A DNA stretch of 49,062 nucleotides, filler included, from Sphacelaria rigidula (lineage: Eukaryota): assembly GCA_964200075.2 (NCBI GenBank). It is 3 parts of 3 records of this genome, joined end to end, with 100 filler letters (N's around TTAATTAATTAA, not from the genome) between each part and the next. Parts side by side here need not be neighbours in the genome. Positions count along the whole stretch, not along the records: positions 16,393 to 32,679 come from CAXNAA020001409.1; positions 32,780 to 49,062 come from CAXNAA020001410.1; 1 more part is not named here. One strand, given 5' to 3'. Shown here in pieces: positions 25,432 to 35,073 of the stretch. Position 1 is the stretch's first letter. Every line of letters starts with the position of its first letter. The position numbers were made by a program, and so were the translations under genes. A model generated the notes under the pieces. It ran no database searches. It was not told the DNA's origin and saw nothing but the letters and a program-made list of their open reading frames with translations.

Positions 25432-25693
25432 CACAACTGCCAACGTCGGACCTGCAACGCCGGCCAGACGCTCTACCCACCGCCCCGCACAGGTGTGCAG
25501 CTCGTCTACGCTGTGTGTACAGGGTCAACGGTACCATGCCCGATCTCAACGGCTCAGAGCTACAACGTGGTGGCCTCGTCGCACCCACCCTGTCAACCAG
25601 CCCTGACCCACGGGACCAGCCAACAACATCAACACCACACAAGCCCCGTCGCACATGGATATCCTACATCGAGAAAGCTCCACGGCCTCTTAC

Positions 25694-25819
25694 CTGGGCT
25701 TCCAACAGAAAAGCGCGGTTGTGGAGCGTGGCGGCCAAGCTAGGGTGCTCCGGGCCGAGGACCTTCTCCTTGATCGCCTGGCACCGGTCGTACAGTGACT
25801 CGGCCTCCGCATACTTGCC
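25694..25819 (-). CDS. TPR exon cassette N
   Basis: 126 nt, AG/GT flanked: GKYAEAESLYDRCQAIKEKVLGPEHPSLAATLHNRAFLLEAQ. Confidence 0.85.
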
Positions 25820-26000
25820 CTGAAACGTAGTACACGACGCAGAGCCACTCTACAACTGTCAACGTCGGACCGACAACGCCGGCCGGACGCTCAAGCCACC
25901 GCCCCGCACGGGTGTGCGACCCGTCTACGATGTGTGTACAGAGCCGAGGGTACTATGCCCGATCTCGACGGCTCAGAGTTATAACCGGTTGGTCTCGCCG

Positions 26001-27283
26001 CACTTCACATGCTTCAAATCCCAGTGACCGTCATCACCTCAAGAATCTAATGGGAGAAACGGATTTGAAAACGGTTCCAACGGGGTCGAACTATACCCGA
26101 TACCGTAATGTTTCGGTGATGTGGAGTTTGGCGTCGTCTAATTTTCTCTCACGATACGCAGGAAAGGCTCATAGAGTCTCGTGACGATTTCCCTCATATC
26201 TGTTGTAAAAAAGCTCAGATCATCCTCAAACTTGGCAGTTCCGTAGCTATTGATGCTCCAAATGGGAAAATTGTGTTCTTGGCAAGGGTTCAATATTTCT
26301 TCGTTCTATACCAGCTTCCGGGGGTCTCAGTACAAAGACCCCCGGAAGGCGGTACAGAATGCCTCGAAAGAAAAACAAATATCATGATGCATCTCGGGAT
26401 GGTCTAAGGAACACATATACGAAGTTTGGTGGAGAAAATTGAAAATCTCATACGATTTTTCTTACTTTGACGTAAAACTCACCCTAAAATACGTTTTATA
26501 CTCAAACCAAGTAGTTAGAAGTTTGCACGTTTTAAGCTCACATCCTCGCACAAACGCGCAGATCTTCATGCATTTCTTAGGAGTCAGACCCTGAAACTTT
26601 GCACAAATGTGCGATGAATCATACCGCAAGTTTTGATCTACGAGGTTATTCTGATCGTTGAAATTTTTACCGTTTTTCGGGGGTCCGACGGGATCCAAGT
26701 CGTTTTCCCGAAGTCGTCCATTCTGGGATCCCGGAAAACCGGCACTACGGTACTTTTTTCATTTTTTTTGCGAACGCACTGTCGCCGCAAAACCCAAGGT
26801 AGAACGCCACAAAGTTTCGTCCCCGAAATCTATTTACTGGTGCTTGAATTTTTATGTTCACGTCAAAAGAAGGCCCAAAAACGCCATTTTTATATACTAA
26901 AATCTAGGAGTTTGCCGTTTCACCGTGGCACGGCAAGGTTCATCGCACGAACGCGAAGAACTTCACGCCGTTTTGAGGAGTTAGACCCTGAGATTTTGCA
27001 CAGCTATGCTATGGGTCATTACGCAATTTTCGATTGACGAGGGTTTTTTTCTTTTTTTACCGTTTTACGGGGGTCCGACTGGATCACAGTTTCCCCGAAA
27101 AACTGGAACCCCGGAAAAACGATGAAAAAAGACAAAAAGTAAAAAAAAAAACTCGACCTTGGGAAGTTGCGTAATGACCCGAAGAACATCTGTGCAAAAC
27201 TTCAAGGTCTAACTCCTTCAAACGGCGTGAAGTTTTGCCGATGAGTGTTTTGGGTTTTTTTTTCCGTGAACCAGCCGGTACAC
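26001..27283 (+). mobile_element. Non-autonomous AT-rich element with internal direct and inverted repeats, inserted in a TPR-array intron
   Basis: Interrupts the intron consensus after ctcgccgcac and replaces ~90 nt of it. Homologous to the reverse complement of 31402-32288. Carries a ~390-bp internal duplication (e.g. 26575-26700 vs 26962-27085) and an inverted pair at 26962-27050 / 27145-27232. Confidence 0.8.
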
Positions 27284-27304
27284 AAAAGCTCCACCGCCTC
27301 TTAC

Positions 27305-27430
27305 CTGAGCTTTCAATAAACCAGCACGACTGTGAAGCGTGGTGACCGAGCTAGGGTGCTCCGGGCCGAGGACCTTCTCCCGGATCGCCTGGCACCGCTT
27401 GTACAGTGACTCGGCCTCCGCATGCTTGCC
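27305..27430 (-). CDS. TPR exon cassette O
   Basis: 126 nt, AG/GT flanked: GKHAEAESLYKRCQAIREKVLGPEHPSSVTTLHSRAGLLKAQ. Confidence 0.85.
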
Positions 27431-27723
27431 CTGAAACGTAGTACACGACGCACAACCTTCCCACAACAGTCAACGTCCGACCTACAATGCCCGCCAGACG
27501 CTCAAGCCAGCGCCGCACAGGTGTGCGACCCGTCTACGCTGTGTGTACAGGGCCAACGGTACTGTGCCCGATTTCGACGGCTCAGAGCTATAACCGGTTG
27601 GCGTCGCCGCACGCACCCTGTCAGTCAACCTTGACCCTCAGGACCAGCCAACAACATCGACACCACACAAAAGCTCCTTCGCACGTGGACACACGACCAC
27701 GAGAAAGCTCCACCGCCTCTCAC

Positions 27724-27849
27724 CTGAGCTTCCAACAGGCCAGCACGACCGTGGAGCGTGGCGGCCAAGCTAGGGTGCTCCGGGCCGAGGACCTTCTCCC
27801 GGATCGCCTGGCACCGGTCGTATAGTGACTCGGCCTCTGCATACTTGCC
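27724..27849 (-). CDS. TPR exon cassette P
   Basis: 126 nt, AG/GT flanked: GKYAEAESLYDRCQAIREKVLGPEHPSLAATLHGRAGLLEAQ. Confidence 0.85.
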
Positions 27850-28142
27850 CTGAAACGTAGAACACGACGCATAACCATCCCACAACTATCAACGTCGGAC
27901 CGACAACGCCGGCCAGACGCTCAAGCCACCGCCCCGCACAGGTGTGCAGCCCGTCCACGCCGTGCGTACAGGGCCAAGGGTACTATGCCCAATCTCGACG
28001 GCTCAGAGCTATAACGGACTGACCTCGCCGCACGCACCCTGTCAGTCAACCCTGGCCCACGGGACCAGCGAACAACATCAACACCACACAAGCCACGGCG
28101 CGCCTGGACATACGACTACGAAAAAGCTCCATCGCCTCGCAC

Positions 28143-28268
28143 CTGAACTTCCAACAAATCAGCACGCCCGTGGAGCGTGGCGGCCAAGCTAGGGTGCTCC
28201 GGGCCGAGGATCTTCTCATAGATCGCCTGGCAGCGGTCGTACAGTGACTCGGCCTCCGCATACTTGCC
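28143..28268 (-). CDS. TPR exon cassette Q
   Basis: 126 nt, donor gtgcg: GKYAEAESLYDRCQAIYEKILGPEHPSLAATLHGRADLLEVQ. Confidence 0.85.
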
Positions 28269-28562
28269 CTGAAACGTAGTACACAAGGCGAAAACATCCT
28301 ACAACTGTCAACGTCGAACGTACAATGTCGGCCAGACGCGCAAGCCACCGCCCCCCACAGGTGTACAGCCCGTCCACGCCGTGTGTACAGGGCCGAGGGT
28401 ACTATGCCCGATCTCGACGGCTCAGAGCTATAACGGGTCGGCCTCGCCGCACGCACCCTGTCAAGTCAACCTTGGCCCACGGGACTAGCGAACAACATCG
28501 ACACCACACAAACCATGGCACACGTGGACATACGACTACAAGAAGGTTCGACCGCCTCTTAC

Positions 28563-28688
28563 CTGAGCTTTCAACAAACAAGCGAGGTCGTGGAGCGTGG
28601 CGGCCAAGCCGGGGTGCTCCGGGCCGAGGACCTTCTCCCGGATCGCCTGGCACCGGTCGTACAGTGACTCGGCCTCCGCATACTTACC
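28563..28688 (-). CDS. TPR exon cassette R (first visible in transcript order)
   Basis: 126 nt, AG/GT flanked: GKYAEAESLYDRCQAIREKVLGPEHPGLAATLHDLACLLKAQ. Confidence 0.85.
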
Positions 28689-28839
28689 CTGAAATGGAGT
28701 ACACGACGCAGAAGCATCCTACAACTGTCAACATCGGACCTACAACAGCGGCCAGACGCTCGAGCCACCGCCCCGCACAGGTGCGCCGCCCGTCTTGGTC
28801 ATACGAGATCAATCAAGCCTATATGCTCACCAGTTCCGA

Positions 28840-31290
28840 TACATCCGGCATAAGCAGATGGTACGTGATCCTTATTTTTAATTGATGAGGCGCGAGTTCT
28901 TGATAAAAATGTTTTCGTCGTCTGCCATGAAGCGCGACTCTGCTGTATTCACCTCGAACCCCTCATTCGTGAGACACAATCCCTTGCTACATTTTCCGAG
29001 CCTTTTGTTCGTGTGGCTCAACTGCTGCGCACGGTCACAAATCTTATCTGTGAATGATCACATGACATATATTCACGAGGGCTCGGCGGCTTACACCGCG
29101 AAGCGCTGTTGATCGATACGAAGATAGTTGATGAAATTGTGCCATGCCATCATGTATGTTTATGTATGTCTTGGTATAGACGTAGGTAAAACACATTCAT
29201 CGGCGCTTGCAACAGAGACGGATGGGATACGGTATTTTTGATAACGACACAAATATTTCAAAAGCTGAAAAAATCACCCAAGCATGCAGTCATGCAAACT
29301 TCTTTTTGTCAGGTACGTGCAGGACCGTAACCGGGGTATCTACTCGGTTGTTCCCCGTACCTGGATCTTTCATGAGATCTGTAAGATACCCATACCCGGC
29401 CCCGGAATCTCTACAAATTCTGTACATGTTCCTCACAACGCTGGGGGCCCGAGTACATCCTCGTTAAAATACCTGGGCGCGGGTGCAGGCGTCCATACCC
29501 GTACCCCGAGCTTCTGCAAGCTCTGGAAGACGTTTCATTCCGCTAGAATTTGCGTAAGTTGCGTACCACTCCCAAACACGGACCCGGCGTACCCGTAACC
29601 TACAGTACACAACCTTGCAATGGTGGGTAACGATTGTTTTCTTGGGTCCCAGTACGAGCGGCAGCTAGCTCTTCGAAGACAGTCGTGTGGTGTTGAGTTG
29701 ACGCGAAGCAAAGAATTGCCACAGCCAGGCATGCATAATATGTCTGAATGTATCAGGGGAGGCCTTCGGAAAGATGAGTAACAATGGGGGGAAGGCGTGA
29801 ATAATGATCAACTAATAACTTGAAGCGAACGAAAAAACGTTTGAACGAAATGCTCCACCCCTCCGTGCCAGCTCCTAGAGAACGTACATGTAGTCGTCCT
29901 AGCGCTCGAGGCAAAAGTTGCTTTGTCTTCAGATTTGTTCTTGTTGGGAGACGGGGCCGATTTGTTGTTCATGATGGATTCAAAGAATGAAGGGTTAATG
30001 TAAAAGCAGTACACGAAATGAACTACTTGAAGCAAGCATGTCCATCGTGCGACCGCATTTTTGCAAATGGCATGGTTCCTTCGAGTCTTCCAATGTGTTG
30101 GAACCAAACCTATGGTGTTTATCATATGAAAGAAGCTGAATCTGGTTCTCTTCACGCTTGAGAGAAAACTTCCACATTGTCTCACACCCCTGGGAAGGTG
30201 TCTTCATCTGAACCAAATAAGACAGAAAAAAAACAGGGAAACCAACAATAACGGGGGAGAGTGAGCTGGAGATAAAATATCATTACATAATTGTACTGGA
30301 ACGAAATACAACCGACGGGGCCAGTTCCCAAACCAAATAAACCTTCGTTATCGCTCGAGAGAAAAGTTGCATTTCAGTAATTTAACAATGTTATTAGGGC
30401 ACCAAGTTTGTCTACAACAAGGAAAACGAATTGGGGAAGGCTAAAAGCAAAAAAAATAAAGAATGAAGAGAAGAAGTGCTGAAACGACATGTGTCCATTC
30501 CCGTCAGCTCCTAATTTTTAAGAGGAGCGAAATAATGGAGTACTCTTAGTGCTACGAAGAAAAAATGCGCTCCATTTTACGTCCTTGAGAGACTCATTTT
30601 AAAGCAAACACACCCCAGACAAAGGATTACACGGGTGACTAGTGCACTACGCGTACACTATCAAATAATGCATCTGTAATGAAACGCAGTCTTCGATACT
30701 GTACGCAGTACACTTCGCGCCGATGCAATCGATTGCTCAGGGTGCGGAATCAAACGATACAAGGGTGTACTCATGATCATGCTCCCACATCCTCCGACGA
30801 GCATAATGCAGTCACCAAAATGTTGTCTGCTCCAACCTTCGGTTCCCTGTGCGGCTGGAAAGACATGGAGCAGCGCTTCTCTCTTCATGATTTGTCGAAG
30901 TGCAGTATACATGGACACGCGCACGCACCGTAACAAACTTACTCCGACGCAGACCTTCCTTTTCCTGTAGCATCATTCATGTCTCCTCGTGCTCAGCAGT
31001 AGCATTGTTTCATACCAGCAACGTCATGCAGCGGGATATATATCGTTGTCAAGAATGGAACTCTGAGTTCAAGTACAGACGAGCTATACCGTAACGTGGA
31101 CCTAGAACTCATTTTCCGAAACATATTTTCTAGACTGAAAGCCCTGAACATTTTGAGCCATGGTTCATAGTGATTTGGAAATACCGTGACAGGTTCCTCA
31201 TGCTTCTGCAACACAAACAGGCCATACCCGGGACATAATCCGGGGTTGCGATTTCTCACCAACTCTTTGCTCAATTCCAGATGCTCGCAT
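28840..31290 (-). pseudogene. Possible decayed, intron-containing DNA transposase (hAT-like) remnant
   Basis: Frameshifted, stop-interrupted coding-like blocks at ~31290-30660, ~30207-29820 and ~29047-28840. Weak motifs occur in the order expected for hAT: MYTALRQIMKRE..QGTEGWS (cf. TTDGWS) then NAVARWTCLL (cf. V.TRWNS). Resemblance judged by eye only. Confidence 0.3.
29313..29617. repeat. Degenerate MITE-like repeat rich in (t)acccg(t/g) motifs, ending ctacagtacacaaccttg
   Basis: Recurrent tacccg/taccc motifs; the terminus resembles the ends of the element at 46448-46696. Confidence 0.45.
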
Positions 31291-31401
31291 ATGCACCCCG
31301 TGGTGCTGATCGAGAATCCCGCGTGGTCTGAGCTAGTTTTCTAGCATATACAGAACCATCCTATCCAGCTATAGAGCAGTCCGGTATCTATGGACGCTGG
31401 A

Positions 31402-32288
31402 GGCTGGTTCACGCTGATCAACCGAAGAAAACTCATCCGCACAAGTTCACGCCGTTTTTAGGATTTAGACTCTTGAATTTTGCACAATTTTGCTATGGGT
31501 CATTACGCAACTTTCGAAGGTCCGATTTTGTTTTTACCTCTATACTTTCTCACCGTTTTTCGGGGGTCCCCAGGTTTCTGAGGAAGCTTGGATCCCGTTC
31601 GACTCATGAAAAAAAGTGACAAGTCAAGAAGAAAAAAAAAACTCGTTCATCGACAGTTGCATAATGACCCATAGCACATTTGTGCAGAGTTACAAGGTCT
31701 CGCTCCTGAAAACGGCGTGAAGTATTGCGCGTTTGTGCGATAACGCGAGCTTGAAACATGCACACCCGTAACTACTTGTTTATAGTATAAAAACGTATTT
31801 TGGGGGTGGATGTGACCTTCAGGCGACAAAAGCTGCGTGAGGTTTTCGAGTTCCTCGACCGGACTTCGTACATATGTTCCTCGGACTACCCCGGGAGGCA
31901 TCATTTTATTTTATTTTTAGGCATTCCGTTCCGCCTTCCGGGGTCTTTACACTGCGACCCCCGGAAGCCGGTAGAGCACGGAGAAAGTTTGAAAAATGTC
32001 AAGAATACAGTTTTCTATTTGCAGCATCAATACCTATAGAACCGCCAAGTTTGAGGGCGATCTGAGCATTTTTTACGACATGCACAAGGGAAACTGTTAC
32101 GAGGCTCCCTGGGTCTTTCTTGCGTATTATCGGTGGAAATTTGACGACGCCAAAACCCCACATCACATCACCGAAGCATCAAGGTTTCGGGTATAATTCG
32201 ACATTGTCGTAACCGTTCTGAATCTTTTTTTTTTTCGTTAGTTTCCCGAGCTGATGGCGGTCACTACGATTTGAAGCATGTGGAAAGT
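31402..32288 (-). mobile_element. Second, inverted copy of the 26001-27283 element, lacking the internal duplication
   Basis: The reverse complement begins cactttccacatgcttcaaatcgtagtgaccg and ends gtgaaccagcc, colinear with 26001-27277; internal inverted pair at ~31445-31530 / 31635-31722. Confidence 0.8.
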
Positions 32289-32679
32289 GGGTGAAAACTT
32301 GGCTTAAGATTCGTATTTTCCATTTCCGAACAAATTGAAGGGAGCTGATTGGTCGAGGTACGTTTTCGCCCTTAGCGCCACCACTGCAGCCTTGAACACA
32401 AATCCGGCTAGGTCACGCTCTTCAGCTCTCCATGGCAGTCAGTACGATACAATGTATGCGACTACAGTGTAGGTGTTGCGAAGGGCATTTGCTGATGACA
32501 TAATTTGGGGTGATGGCCGTCACCTAGCCTGCACGGCTTTCGAGTGCCAAGAAAGGATATATATATATATATATATATATTTACTCACACTTTGAACCCC
32601 TCCTCTTCCTCGGGATGAATCCGTGGTCTCAAGGGATCAACCCGTTTCTCCCCCGGCACGTGCCTTTCATTTTGGTCTC

Positions 32680-32779
32680 NNNNNNNNNNNNNNNNNNNNN
32701 NNNNNNNNNNNNNNNNNNNNNNNTTAATTAATTAANNNNNNNNNNNNNNNNNNNNNNNNNNNNNNNNNNNNNNNNNNNN
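32680..32779. other. Artificial contig-joining linker (N44-TTAATTAATTAA-N44)
   Basis: 100 bp, TTAATTAATTAA at 32724-32735. Confidence 0.97.
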
Positions 32780-33249
32780 AGGGGTGCTGCTGTAATCCAA
32801 AGGGTAACGTGGACACAATAACTCCAAGCAACACCCGACGCACCACTCGTGCCGAGTGTGCATTCATTGTTGTCCTGTTGGTTACTACTGCGTACTTGGT
32901 TTAAACAACTTTCGGAGAATGCGGGTGTGTAAGAAGGGAGGCTGCCAATCTCCCGTACGCTGTACCTCCGTTCTGTCCTGACTGTCGTAGTGTTGCGGGA
33001 TCTTTTCCCCGAAATCCATCGGAGGCACGAGAAGCAGCACAGAACCGCTGCACACTTCACGCACAAGGGTGGGGGAAAGTGACAAGCTGCACAACTCCAT
33101 CTACAACTAGGGCAACGCTACTATAGTTACGCCTACCATGCATGGCTTGCACGTAAACTTCGGACTTGAAAAAATCGGAACGTTGTCCCGCGTTTCCCGA
33201 CAGACGGTGAGCCTGAACAAAAACTGCGGACCATGGAAGACAAGCGTAC

Positions 33250-33767
33250 CTTCTCATCGAGAGAACCTTCGCGATGGGCGCCTGCATAAAGCTGACGAGT
33301 TTAGGCAGGCGTATGATGTCCGGATCCGCAAACAGATTATACAGAAACGGCTCCACGTCCTCCTGCCTTTCAGGCCCACCCAGATTCAGCAGGAGCACCC
33401 CGAGCTTGAGCTCTTTCCCGTTGCTGAACGCCTGCGCAGCAGGCGTAGGCCCATCTCCCCTCCCGCCCATCAGCTTATCCCCAGCCCAATTACCGCCGAA
33501 CCCCCCCACCATAGATACTGTCCCTTGCCGACTATTGCTGTTTTGGATGCTTGGTGTTGTCGTACGTCGTCGCCTGAACCTAGTGTTCGAGCTCGTTGTT
33601 GTTGATAGCGCGGGGGCGTACTCGCGGCTGCCGATGCTGTTCCTCGAAGAGGGTGCTAGCTTGTTGGTGCCACATCGTGTTGGCGTAGCCCAGTGCCAGC
33701 CGTGAGCCGCCGTCAAACAGCAACACACGGCTAGAAGCGCTGCCGCTGCTGAAGGCGTCGTCTTCAT
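33250..33767 (-). CDS. hemH: Ferrochelatase (protoheme ferro-lyase), exon 1, with bipartite plastid-targeting presequence; 3'-partial
   Basis: [35 protein letters not shown] is the plant/cyanobacterial ferrochelatase N-terminal signature. A hydrophobic signal peptide ([23 protein letters not shown]) precedes an S/T/R-rich transit peptide. Donor AG|gtacgc at 33249; the remaining exons are not on this contig. Confidence 0.93.
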
Positions 33768-35073
33768 TGTTCCGGTGTGGCTCTGTGCCAGAAGCTTCTG
33801 CGCTGACGCAGTGTGCCTCCAATCTCTACCTTCCTTCCTATTGCTGTTGCTACTACTGCGGGTGCTGGACCCCTGTCTCCAGTGAAGTGCAACGTACTAC
33901 AACCCACGTACACTGCCCTTGGTGTGTGTATATTGCAGAGGGGCCGATTTGTGCGTCAGCACAGCAGGCGTACCCACAGAAGGAACGCAAGCAGTTACTC
34001 GTTTGAAACGTGTGCGTTATTTGCGGGATTTTTCCGCGCAAATCCCGAGACCTTTGCGTCTTCCGTGTCGATGTCTCCAGTTTCTGCAGCCCCAGGTAAT
34101 GAAAAGAGATGGTCGGGGAGACTTGCGCAAATACTGCGTCACTGGCGTCAGGGGGTGCAGGGGAGGTTGCGGACGATGCTTTGATGACGGAATACTGTGC
34201 ACTCGGACGCGGCCAGAAGTTGGAAATTTCGTCTTCGGAATAGCTTATGTAGTCATTATTAACTCGTAGACTTGATTACTTTTGGCCATTTTCTATACAC
34301 CATGAGTTTAACGGGTAAATCTCGGGTAAATAGAGAACGAAAGGAAGACAAACGGGAAAAGCACCGAATGACTGAGAAGACGCATCCCATCACATCGTCC
34401 CTGCCGCCTCCTGTACGATATTGCATGAGCTGGTCATATTATGCCGTATATCTTCCTAGTTTCTCACCCGACTTTTCTCCGTCTCGGTTTCAACCCCGCT
34501 CGTTTGCCGTCCGAAACTGCTATATTAATGCAGTATAATAATCACCGAAGATGCCACAATAATCACCGACAATTTCAAGGCGTTACAATACCCACTGAGC
34601 TACGCAGTCAGCGCTGATTGAATGGCTCAGTGGTTACTGCGATATCTTAACAACCTACTCTCCACTGGAGGAGTGGTGTTCACAATAAATATTGAGTGTA
34701 GTACATGTATGTATTCGCGGTTGCCCTCGTCACTCCGAGAATCTCAGACCCATCTTCCGCCCGCGGGTCTGAGCATAACCAGAAAATGGATAATAAAATA
34801 ACACTTTTGGTTTGCATGCTTCATGTGATCTGGAAATCATTGACCTGGCTTTGGCCACAGGAAAACACAAGATATCAAGTGTACTATACGCGTGTGGGCG
34901 TATTAGCACCTTCCACATCCGGGGCAGTGTTGATCAATACCCACTAAGTCTTCAATTCCATTGCGTTCCGTTGTTCGTTCCGAGAGAAAGTACGACGGTG
35001 TCCGGTATCAGACCAACGCCACCCTGCCGGCAATGCACACGACTGATACAGGATAGATAGACAGTATTCCATC

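Larger units (their letters stand above)
19054..28795 (-). repeat. Tandem array of ~420-bp intron+exon units, each with one 126-nt phase-0 TPR exon (18 cassettes)
   Basis: Unit = ~293-nt conserved intron + ...tttcag|GGC AAG TAT...GCT CAG|gt(a/g)ag exon. Uninterrupted introns are 261-313 nt; two are expanded by insertions (1318 and 1485 nt). Consensus peptide GKYAEAESLYDRCQAIREKVLGPEHPSLAATLHGRAGLLKAQ is a 42-aa kinesin-light-chain/NPHP3-type TPR. Confidence 0.95.

Noticed and set aside
19054-28795. CRISPR-like or satellite interpretation of the regular repeat array
   Set aside because: Units are ~420 bp and homologous along their whole length, with no unique spacers or cas genes; each contains a spliceable TPR exon.
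1931-28795. HECT ligase plus TPR array as a linked immune or ubiquitination cluster
   Set aside because: They lie on different contigs joined by an artificial linker, so there is no evidence of physical linkage.
19021-28885. Many repeated plus-strand and alternative-frame ORFs inside the array (e.g. VLCPISTAQSYN..)
   Set aside because: By-products of the repeated intron; their boundaries and frames differ between units, unlike the strictly conserved 126-nt minus-strand exons.
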